A stretch of DNA of 64,000 bases from Geosiphon pyriformis uo1 (lineage: Eukaryota > Fungi > Glomeromycota). Under the pieces are notes generated by a model. The model saw only the letters and a list, made by a program, of their open reading frames with translations, ran no database searches and had not been told where the DNA came from. Position 1 is the stretch's first letter. Each line of letters opens with the position of its first letter. The DNA lies in the NCBI GenBank assembly GCA_016748015.1, contig JAAOMT010000543.1:372001-436000 (forward strand). The letters are read 5' to 3'. Positions 12,254-23,114 of this stretch are shown here, piece by piece. A program made the translations under genes and the position numbers.

Positions 12254-14568
12254 CTAAAAATTGCAGCCTTTGAGTCTCGGGGATTTTAATGTTTTCATAA
12301 ATCCTTTCAATCTGTCAATATGGGAATTGAAAAGAGTTGGTGTCATGAATAAAGTATAAAAAGCTTTGAATTGAGTATTTTTAGTATGCAATTGATTCAA
12401 AACCTGAAGAATATTCCTTAAATAGTGAGCATAGAAATCTAGAGATACTTGTGCCTTTATCTGGTCCCTAATCTCTTCATCTTCTTTTTGGTATTGTTCT
12501 GCTTCTTTAACTGTAATTTTGAAAATTTCACCAATTTAATTCAATATTTGAAGGATGATAAATAAGATTAAAAAAACAAATCATACTCTGCAGCAGAATT
12601 TCCTCAGAAGTCAAAGGTTTATCATTAAAACTATGAGTATGAACTGTGATGAAATGTCCGGAATCCTTTTCAACAGCTATTACCTATGAAGTGGAAAATT
12701 TTTTTTAATAATGTTTAATGAGCAGTTAGAGGAAACGTGATATTCAAAATTTCCTACCCTTAAATAATTATCATCATCAAGAATAATATGAATATCAATC
12801 AAAGAAACCCCACGCGGAGCAGGAGGAATACCAGTCAATTGATATTCCCCGACGAATACGTTGTCTTTTACTAATGCTCGTTCCCCCTGATATACCCGAA
12901 TCAGGGCTGAGGTTTGATAATCTTCGGATGTTGTAAATAGTTGAGATTTTTTTGTCGGTAAAATTGTATTTCGAGGAAGAACTCTAGCCATAAGTCCACC
13001 AGCTGTGGCGATACCCATCGATAAGCGAGCTGTCGGTATATAGCACATAAAATCAAGCATTTTTCTCGGCGGTAAATTAACTGCGGCCATTGCTGCTCCA
13101 AACGCAAATAAGTTATTTGGATTCAGAAAGTTATTGAATTTCTTGTTGAATAAATTGGATAGAATCTCTTGTATCTTTGGAGTTTTTGTGTATTCTCCCA
13201 CTAGTATTATTTCATCAATCCTTTCTTTCCTGATCTGTCCTTCTTTTAGAACCTTTTTGACGTGTTCTAGCGCCTCGTCAAACAGATGTTTGTTGAGCCT
13301 CTCAAATCGTGCACGTGTCAAAATCGTCGAGAAATTGATTCCTTGAAATAATGAATCTATTTGTATTGATGTTTGATGCCGAGTCAACAACTCTTTTTTC
13401 GCTTTTTCTACACTCTCATGAACAAGTTTAATGGCTCTTGGATTTGTGCTGATGTCTTTGTTCAATTTTTGATTTATTTCCTTAGCAATGTAAGTGAGAA
13501 TACTTTGATCCATAGTTTGTCCCCAAATAGTTGGGCTGCCTATTGAAGTTGCTTGATTATATAGGAAATAGCTTCCCGCAGATCTCGATAATAAAGAAAC
13601 TTGAAAGGAATTCCAGGAAAATTCAAAGACAATGACTTTTAACATTTCGTATTGCATCGGTTTCCGATCGAAAAAATAAGCAGTTGCAGCCGCGACATGT
13701 TTATCCTCTTCAAAAGCTACCCTTTCGACGCCTACTCGGAGCCCTGCTTGATTCAATGATGAAAATTGGGTCTCGGTAAAGTATTTTGGAACAACAAATA
13801 GTAACAAGGTAACCCTTTGCCCAATATGAGCTTCAGCCTTTTTGACCATTTTTCTTAGAATCATCTGGGATAATTTATCTGGTGTAAATCTTTTCTTTTT
13901 GCCCTTCAATTTAAATTCTATGAATGGTTTATCATCCTTATCTTTGACCAGGAAAACCCATTTCTAAAAGAACAAAGAATTTTTATTTTCAAAATTAGTA
14001 ATTTAAATCCAGTTTCATGACTAGAATTACTTACTAGACCATTATACGATTCCTTCTCGTATTCTTTTACTAAATCGTTTGTGACTAATGACACTGAAAG
14101 TTCCACTTCTTCGGGAACAAATTTTTTTGTAATGTAATCAATGTAAGGAGTCTCTCGGTTTCCAAACGCATCAGGGATAATTTCGTAACGATCATGTTGC
14201 CAAATTGCCATTTGTGACGAATTTGCCCCTAGATAAATTCCAACCGCAGCTCCCCATCGCTGATAAATGGGATGACCAAATTTTGGCGGAAGTTCTGTGC
14301 TGAAGGTGTCAACTTCGTTTTTTCCTATTCAAAAAGAGCAAATTTGAGCACAACTGCTGATCAAAATCTTTAAATTGAAAATATTTTTGGGTTTATTTTA
14401 TGCTTACCTGGTATACTTAGCGATGAATCGGCATTAATATGTCGAAAGAGGGTATATATAACAATAGAAAGTAAACCTGAGAAGAGTTAGCTATTTGTAA
14501 AAGTTTGGAATTTGCAGCTTTGTCATTTTCTTCAATAAAATCAAATTACCTGCCCTGCGCAAGTTCAT
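12254..14568 (-). CDS. Divergent Hsp70/BiP-like protein with signal peptide, degenerate ATP-binding motifs and truncated lid; about 7 exons
   Basis: Exons 14568-14550, 14476-14408, 14324-14035, 13963-12758, 12683-12587, 12510-12404, 12311-12254. Hsp70 motifs GNRETP, LTRARFERLN, LPTKKSQLFTTSEDYQTSALIRVYQGER, LTGIPPAPRG, IKEAEQYQKEDEEIR. Confidence 0.9.
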
Positions 14569-15180
14569 TTTATTAATGTCTATTTTTCTTAATTTTTTGC
14601 AATATGGAAAGCAAGCATAAAACTCGAAATTTAAATATATGATTTTTTTGAATTACATGATAGAAGTGCGAAAAGTTTCTTCCGAGCACTGCATTATCAA
14701 GGAGAAACCCTGAAACAAACATGATATTCGGATATTCCTAGTTTGGACATATGTTCATTTTCAAATTTATAAAGAACGCAGGAAATTTTGCCACGAGAGA
14801 TTTATGTATTTGGGGGATCGATTGTTTACGATAAATATTTTCATTTTTCTCATGATTTAATTCAGTGTCAAATTTTCAAAGCTGATCAAGCTCATGGAGT
14901 ATTGTGTTTAATTAAAGATGGAAAAATTAGGTTTTCGAAAGGTAAGATCTATTTTTAATAGAAAATGAATTTCGCAATCGCGCCTCAAAATTAAAAAATA
15001 CAAGTTGTGAACGGTTGCTTTATAAATATGCTCCGCGTGTTGTTCGATCGTAAATTGCTTTTAACATAGTCAAAAGTAATGATTAAGCATATCTTAATAT
15101 GTGTAGGTTTGTCTCAAGTATGATTTGAAAGTGTTTAAACCAACATGGTATCATACCTGTTGTATAACGTTAAACGATTA

Positions 15181-16741
15181 CCGTAAACTCCCGTGAATAA
15201 GCAATCCCTGTGAATAAGCAACCCTCCCTTTTTAAGTCTAAAAGTCTTAGAAAATTTGAATAAGCAACCCCTTTATATATACCAAAATAAATTTTTAATT
15301 ATTTATCTAATTCTAATTCTTCAGCAGAAATATTATCTTCATTTACTATTTCATTTAAATCATCAATTTGAGTACTAATTTCTGTATCAGAAATATATGA
15401 TAAATCATCCTCAGTTCCATCTAATGCATTAGAAATTCCACATTTTTTAAATGATTTAATAATCATTTCTAAAGGAATATCTTTCCATACCTCTAAAATC
15501 CACTGGCAAATCAAATTATATTGTGGTTTTTTTGAAAATCTCCATGACTCATCCATAATCGCCATTTTTCTCTCAATCTGTCTTTAAATGGTTTGTTTAT
15601 ACATACATCCAAAGGTTGAATAATTGATGTTAAACCGCCAGGAATAATTGCCACATGAGTATTATTAACATTGCATTTTTGGCGTACTGATTCAGTTTTG
15701 TGCCCTTCAAATGAATCCATAACAAGTAAAGAGGTAGGTTTGGATGCTGTTGATATTCCAGGACGTTTGTTCCAAATTTGATCTATCCATTCACACATCA
15801 AATGTTCATCCATCCAAGCTTTTTCATGCATATATACGACAACGCCTTTGGGAAGATTAGGAGGAGTTCGTACACCTTTGAAAATTATCATAGGAGGGAG
15901 TTTGCCGCCATTGCTTTATAGCCAAGACACAAGTAAACCGATTTTTGTCATTACCAGTTGTTCGAATTTGAATAGTTTTGGCTCCTTTTACATTGATTGT
16001 ATTAGAACCTGCCATGTCAAAATAAATGGGAGTTTCATCCATATTGACTATTTGAGAAAGATTATTCTGGTATGCTAGTCGAGATCGGATTATAAATCTT
16101 TGAAATTCGATGATTTTTTCATTCAAATCGTTGCCTAATGGCACTAAAGCAGTCGAAATTCTTCTTGATAATTCCGCCACAGTAATTTAATGGGAACAAG
16201 TGCCAAAAATTAGACGAATACGTCAAATCACATGTTTAGGATACAAAGAGCTTACGTGATCACAAATGAGAAATCCTTTGGAATTAATATAGTATATTGA
16301 TTAAATAGAAATTTGTTAAGATTCTGAGTCTCATAATAATAGTATCCAATTTCCAATTCGAAACTCGACTTGATAATTTTTGCTACAATGAACCCAAGTT
16401 TCTTAAGATCAACATTACAAGTGCTACAGTATATACTGCTCGAAATCATGCCTCATCCAAAGGTATTATTTTTGTGTTGTTGCATTTCACACAAGTATCT
16501 ATTTCACCACGTTTATAATAATCGAAATATCAGCTTCTAATACCAACGAAATGGCTCAACCAGATGGTCAATAAATTAGCGACGCGATTGAAATTCGTAA
16601 TAGATATATGCACAGTGAATAATTTAACCATTGGACCAATAGGCATTAAGTATTCAAAAAGTCTCGTGAATAAGCAACCCCCCTAAAAAATCGATCCAAA
16701 ATTGATGACGTAGGGGGTTGCTTATTCACGGGAGTTTACGG
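15181..16741 (-). mobile_element. pogo-family (Tc1/mariner superfamily) DNA transposon, non-autonomous, 1561 bp
   Basis: Perfect 24-bp TIRs CCGTAAACTCCCGTGAATAAGCAA (15181-15204 / 16718-16741), TA target-site duplication on both sides, and internal repeats of (G)TGAATAAGCAACCC near both ends. Confidence 0.95.
15299..16180 (-). pseudogene. Frameshifted pogo DDE_1 transposase (DD35D)
   Basis: NMDETP, LVMDSFEGH, IIQPLDVCINKPFK and IIKSFKKCGISNALDGTEDD are spread over three frames. No intact HTH is present. Confidence 0.9.
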
Positions 16742-17251
16742 TATGCCTTTTGTAGATCTCCCAATACTCAAAGCTAAATATCAAAAAACTTACAATGAGG
16801 GTTAGCAGACTTGTCTATTGTCACAATTAAAAGGCTGTCATTGGGAGTTGTAAACTAAAAAATTTCTTTATAAATCGCTGCGATTAGTCACAACTAGTTT
16901 ATAATTTTCAATTTGAAAAGATTAGCTTTGAAAAAAATATTTAATCATTATTTATATTATATTTCAACTTTGACAATATTATTAATAAAAATGGGTATTT
17001 TTTTTGAAACTAACTTTTAAAAAATAAGTTACAATTTATGTTATATTTCAACTTTAGTTATTTTATTAATGAAAACAGTATTTTTTTATGGATTCAAAAT
17101 ATGTCAAGAAATAATTTTAAAAAATACTTTAGAAAAAGAATTTAATTATTAAATTCATCAACTTTACTAACAAAACAGATTTTTTTAGATTATTAATTGT
17201 TGCTAGTTGAGTTCTAAAACTACAGCTGGTCGTCCACGTATTTAAATCGTA

Positions 17252-17464
17252 CCGTACATAATGGAAAATAGGTGACCCTTAAAAATAAGAAACTTTTAAT
17301 TTTAGAAATTTATAAAATAATAATAAGTTTAAAAAAAGAAACCTTTAAATATTATTTCAAAATTTATATTTTTTGTTGATCATTTGTACTACTATGTAGA
17401 CGCTAAAAAACTGAGAATAAGGATCTTTCCATTTTAGAGGTTTCTTATTTTCCATCATATATAG
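17252..17464. mobile_element. Degenerate Tc1/pogo-type MITE (213 bp) in the OPT promoter
   Basis: Imperfect ~35-bp TIRs (CCGTACATAATGGAAAATAGGTGACCCTTAAAA versus reverse complement CTATATATGATGGAAAATAAGAAACCTCTAAAA), flanked by TA on both sides. Confidence 0.6.
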
Positions 17465-17567
17465 TAATTGACTTCTAATTTAAAGGCTGGTTCAATATTT
17501 TCTTTTACATTGTTTAACTCCTCAAAAAACTCTGTTAAAATATAACTATCACAAGATCAATAGTTTC

Positions 17568-20500
17568 ATGGAAGATGTCATAGAGCTTCCGTTGATCACC
17601 AAAAGGAAGTTCACTTATCATCCTGCTCATGAGAGTGAATCCAAAACATCAATCGTAAGTACTTTCGGAATCTATTATATTGAGCGACTAAAATAATTTA
17701 TGAATAAAACTTTCCAAAAGTTTAGCAACGAAAGTAGGGATGAAAACGATGAGAAATCTTTGTTTAGTGAAGAACAAGAATCGGATGATGATGATACAAG
17801 CCAAGAAGAGAATTCTCCAATTCCTATGGTCGCTGCGGTATATTTTGGGCCAATTCGAAAAAATAATACCTTCGTTAAATATTAGGCGTAAACTTGAGAG
17901 TTTTTTATTTGAAATAGACTATTAGTACAAAAGACGACCCATCTTTACCATCTATAACTTTTCGATTTTGGGCATTGAGCTCGGTAGGTATATTTTTTTT
18001 TCTATTTAAACATCTTGTTTCAAATCAAAACTCTGACTCTATCATTCTTCACACAAGTTTTTTGTAATCGTTGGAGCAACCATATCGGAGTTTTACTATT
18101 TTCGCCCTAATGGTGGTAGTTTCTCAATTTTTTTTGTGGTTCTTGCGTCATACATATTTGGTCGATGGATGGCTAAAATCTTACCAACGCAGAAATTTGG
18201 AACTGGCAAATGGTGGGAATTTACATTGAATCCAGGCCCATTTAATGTGAAGGAGCATGTGTGTATAGCTGTCGCTACAGGTTCCGGAGGCGGATCGGCT
18301 TACGGAACGGTATTCTTTATTTGGTAAAGTTCTCCTGGAATTGTTTAAAGATTATTATTATAATTTTTTTATGTATTCCAGGATATTATTGCCATACAAG
18401 AATTATTCTACAAGCAAGAAGTTAATTTCCTCCAAGGAATTTTACTACTTTTGAGCACTCAAATGATCGGCTATGGACTTGCAGGGTTTTTGCGTAAATG
18501 TAAGTGTCTTTGTATATCTAGAATTTTCAAAATAGACTAATTTTGTATTTTCACTTGCTAATTTTTAGATCTGGTTCGACCATCAAATATGGTCTGGCCA
18601 TCCAATCTCGTCTTCGCTTCAATGTTCAACACGCTACATGGAAACGCTAAAGACACAAAAAACCAACTTCGATTTTTCAAAATCACTCTCTTAATTGTTT
18701 TCATCTGGCAATTCTTGCCACAGTACTTTTTTACTTGGCTGACAAGCATAGCAGTCTTGTGCCTAGTTTTTCCTGCTCATTCAACAATCAAAAAGCTTGG
18801 AAGTGGGTACCACGGAGTGGGTATTCTGGACTTCTCGCTTGATTGGAATGCAATTGGACAATCTGCTCCTTTGTATACACCATTGTAGGTACTCTTTTTT
18901 TCCTTGTCAAAAATGATTTTGGATTTACTTTATGCTTAACACATCTTCAATTTTTTAGTTTTTCTTGTGTAAATTGGTATTTCGGGGTTATTTTAGGGGC
19001 ATGGGTCATTGCGCCATTACTTTATTTCAACAATGTATTGTAAGTTAAAATTATATAGATGTATGCTTGAGGATTTTTAACTTTCCTTCCCCTTTGGTCC
19101 TTCACTGTCTTAATCCTGGTTGAAATATAGAGAGGCCCAACGTTTTCCATTTTTAGCTACTTATGGATTAGATAAAAACGGTGAAAGGTAAAACATTTAC
19201 ATTTCAATTAGAGTGACAATTCACCTGTCTGCTTCTACTAATTTGGTTTTGTCATTACTCAAAGATACAACCAAACTGCTCTCATTGATCCTTTTACTGG
19301 CTCATTGAATGAGACGGCTTACGAAGAAATTGGCCCTGTCTATTTATCAGTTACTTTTGCATCTTCCTACTTTTTTTCATTCGTTTTATTCCCGGCAGCT
19401 TTAAGTCATGTGTTTTTATTTTATGGAAAAGACATTTGGCAACGCTTTAAAGCAAACAAATCAGAGGAAAAGGAGGATATTCATTTAAAAATGATGAAAG
19501 TATACCCAGGTAAATATATTTCAATTTTTGAGACGTTCATTTTCTTGTTCGCACTAACAGCGTTTTACTAGATATCCCAAATTGGTGGTATGGAGTAATA
19601 TTCTTTATGATGCTTTTTGTGGCCATTTTTCTTGGGTATACCACTGAAGCTAATTTGCCGTGGTGGGGCGTTTTATTGGCTGTTGGCTTGGCTGCTTTCA
19701 TGGTTTTGCCTATTGGTAATTTGCTTTTCAATTGAGTTTTTTTTAAAATATCCAAACGGTTTTAAATTTCGGTCTTCTTAAATTCCAAAGGAGTCATTCA
19801 GGCAATATCCAACAATTGCGTTGGCCTAAATGTCATTGCTGAAATTCTATGCGGGTACTTTTTCCAGCCATACAATCATATATTTGGGTGTGGTGTTAAG
19901 AACAAACTATTATATTATTATTATTTTATTATATTTTAGATACGTGCTTCCCGGACGGCCCATTGCCAATGTTTATTTCAAATGTTACGGTTATATGGCC
20001 ATGTCTCAATGCCTTTGGCTTGTATCAGATCTAAAACTTGGTAATCACCAGTTCAGATTTCCAACTCTTGTTCGGTCTCGCTTTCACTACATTTCTATCA
20101 TACTTTTACAGGACTATATATGAAAATCCCACCCAAGGCGATGTTCATTTCTCAAACATGGGGAACCTTTCTAGGTGTTTTCATAAACTATTGGGTTCTC
20201 AAGTTGATTATCGCTGCTAAAAGACCATTCCTTGATGGGACCATGCTCGACCCAACTGGTCAGGTGAGTTACTTTAAAACTATATATATCAGATTGTCGC
20301 TTTAAATTCAAAATTCTAATAAACAAATATATCCTTTATCATTTTCAAGTGGACCGGTTTCAGATCACAAATGTTCAACACGCAATCTGTATTATGGGGC
20401 TTAATTGGACCTACTCGTACATTTGGTATTCTGCATTTCACATCAATAATAAAGATAAACTTAGAATGCCCCTCTAATAGAATATTTCATGATTTTTTAG

Positions 20501-21070
20501 GCAAAGATTCTTTATATCACCCACTACTTTGGGGATTTTTTATTGGATTCGTCGCACCAATCCCTCTTTACTTCCTCCATCGCAAATATCCATCAGTCAG
20601 ATTTGATCTCGTTAATGTGCCAATCATTTGCAGTGGTTTGACAATGTTTCCAGGAACCTATACCAATTTCATCATAATGGGCTTTGGGACTTGCATATTA
20701 AGCCAGTATTGGTGTCAACGTCACCACTATTCTTTGTATAAAAAGTCAGTTTTTGAAAGTTTCTAAGCAGAGCTTGCTTTCAGTTTTATAGCGATTCTAA
20801 TTCCGTTAATTTGAACTGCGTATTAGATATAATTACATTCTTTCTGCAGCATTAGATAGTGGCACCCAATTTGCCACTTTATTTATTTTCTTTTTTTTAG
20901 ATGGTGTCATGAAGGTGAGAAAAATCTTATTAGCCTTCATTGATTCTAACTCCAAAAGTATTTGCTCACTATAATTTATTATGGTAAACATCAATATTCA
21001 GATATCTTCCCCGGAATGGTGGGGTAACAATCGTGAGACACAGGGTGAAAGATGTTTTGGGCCTGATTGA
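17568..21070 (+). CDS. OPT-family oligopeptide transporter (~16 introns)
   Basis: Motifs EENSPIPMVAA..DDP, LNPGPFNVKEH, STQMIGYGLAG, MVWPSNL, PGRPIANVYFKCYGY, DLKLGLYMKIPP, SVLWGLIGP, YNYILSAALDSGT, PEWWGN; many TM segments; stop TGA at 21068-21070. Confidence 0.95.
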
Positions 21071-21589
21071 AGATATCGATTTCATTTCGCTAAATCGATC
21101 AAAATACATTAATTTGAGGGATTTTTTAGTCATTATTTGCTAGCACCCCATCTGGTGCTACATATCTCTTAAATTGTTTGCTCAAAACTTTCATATTCAA
21201 TAGATTTAGACAATTTTTATTATTCAGTAACAATCTTTGACGCATAAATTCGATGAAACAATATTCGTTAGCCTCAGACTATTAGCTTCTCGACAGTTTT
21301 TTTAAATTTTAAAAGTGTTTGAGCACGAACAATTGTGCAATTTTTCCTCCCCAATTTTGAATAGGAACCTTTCTCTGCTCGTGCATTATCTTTGTTAAGT
21401 CCGGTGGCTTTCATGGACGTTTGTTCGACGGTTGAGGAGTTTCGGATCGCCGAAGCCTTTTTGAGAATTGAAGCGTTCAGAGTTTAGAAAGTTGGTATTT
21501 CTGTATTATATTAAAAAGGTCATCTTTATAAATAGCTCGCTATAAACCTTTAGCAAGATATAATTTTAGGAATGGTCCTTGATTTATAT

Positions 21590-22130
21590 ATTCATAATAC
21601 GCCTCATAAAATTTTATCCATCCAGGTTTAAGTATTCGAATAATTTAAGGAATTACGATAATATCCCATTACTCCAGCGTAATACCATCGTAAAAAGTGT
21701 CGTAAAAATACTAAATCAAAGCTATTGTTTTCATACGACAACCCCCGTTAAGACGTTTGCATGTACTATTTCTGTTTTACTGTTAGTATCTATCTCGACT
21801 CCAATGAATTTTGATTTAGCAAAGCCACTTACCATCCCAAGTTCCTGGGCCAACAATAAATTTCTACGTTACCTAACGAAAGAGCTTTGATAAAATTTAT
21901 TTATTTATTTGCTTTGACATTTTTCCTATTATTAAATGGAAACTTTTAATTTTTACATGCACTTATTAGTGATTTCTGTACTGCGTTTTAGGCTCACGGC
22001 AATTCTTCAGAGTAGCACTCATTAATTAATCCTGGTTGGTACATATTAAACAACTTAAACAAACATATCATATTTACGGAAACTGTATTAACTTCAGTAT
22101 CGCAGATGGGTGTTATGATGAGAACTACAT
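21590..22130 (-). pseudogene. Class I SAM-dependent methyltransferase pseudogene
   Basis: Fragments VGPGTW, SKFIGVEI, ANVLTG/SYENNSFDLVFLR and VIP*IIRILKPG with frameshifts, deletions and stops. Confidence 0.65.
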
Positions 22131-22743
22131 GTAGTTTTTTGAGAGAAGCTGCTATTTCAAAAAGCCTAATCAATGACTTTGAAAATTTAGAGTCTTTTTC
22201 ATGTAAGGTGATATAGAAAAGGAAAATAATTCTGAGCCTCTAATCCAAATTAAGGCTCTTTACCCCACCTGAGAATCCTTTAGGGAAAAAGTTATTAAGT
22301 CGCTCACTGTGTGACAAGGAAAAAATCTATTTTGTATTTTTTACCAAATTTTTTTTTAGATTGAAAAAAAATTTAACCACAAACAATAATATCCAGACTT
22401 CAAATTTTGATTGATATTGAAATCACCAAAGTATTATTTTTCAACTATTATTTAGACTTGAAGTAAAAATTTGAAAAATAGGCTCCTACCTAGAAATTTA
22501 ACAGTATTTTTTTTTCTAATAATATTTCAAAATCAAAATCAATCAAATTTTTAGTAAAAAAGCGTAACTATCGTAAATGATTGATTATAAACTAATAAAA
22601 ACGGGATAAATTTTCATATAGCTGTCATGCTAGCTTGCCTGACTCTGGAGTATCGAGTTAACTTTAATAAATATGTAAAGGAGTTTTAAAAAAAAAACTG
22701 ATCAAAAGAAGGCGAGGCTATCAATCACTGACACACCAGAATG

Positions 22744-22750
22744 TATAAAA
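22744..22750 (+). promoter_or_regulatory. Candidate TATA box of the micropeptide gene
   Basis: TATAAAA about 75 bp upstream of a GTAAGT donor at 22821. Confidence 0.45.
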
Positions 22751-22971
22751 GGAACACAAATTTACATAAAAACTTTCACAATTTGAAAGCAACCAGCATT
22801 GAAGAAACTTTTTATATACTGTAAGTAAAACATGTTTTGAGTTAAAAATTTCTAAAACTGCCTAAAATATATTAAGCGAATTAGAACAGCAAAGATTTCC
22901 TAATCATCTTAACGAACGTCGTAACCTAACTTAACTAAATTAAGGGAAGCAACCAGAAGCTAACCGTTGAC

Positions 22972-23114
22972 ATGAAATTCAAAAAAGTCTTTAAGAAGTT
23001 GGGAAAGCCGTTCAAGAGGTTGAAGAAGGTATTATGATTCGTTGCGAATATAAATTTTAAATCGACTCGTCTAACTTATTATATTCGAACTAGGTATTCA
23101 AAAAGATTTGTTGA
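22972..23114 (+). CDS. 25-aa cationic amphipathic micropeptide MKFKKVFKKLGKPFKRLKKVFKKIC (exons 22972-23028, 23094-23114)
   Basis: 65-nt intron GTATTA..CTAAC(23071)..TAG, and a 5'UTR intron GTAAGT(22821)..CTAAC..AAG(22944). The heptad hydrophobic periodicity is kept across the splice junction. Confidence 0.65.

Noticed and set aside
15181-15271. Repeated TGAATAAGCAA motifs as a CRISPR-like array
   Set aside because: They are TIR and subterminal repeats of the pogo element; spacing is irregular and the context is eukaryotic.
16950-17090. Degenerate ~84-bp tandem repeat
   Set aside because: Low complexity and only two poor copies; uninformative.
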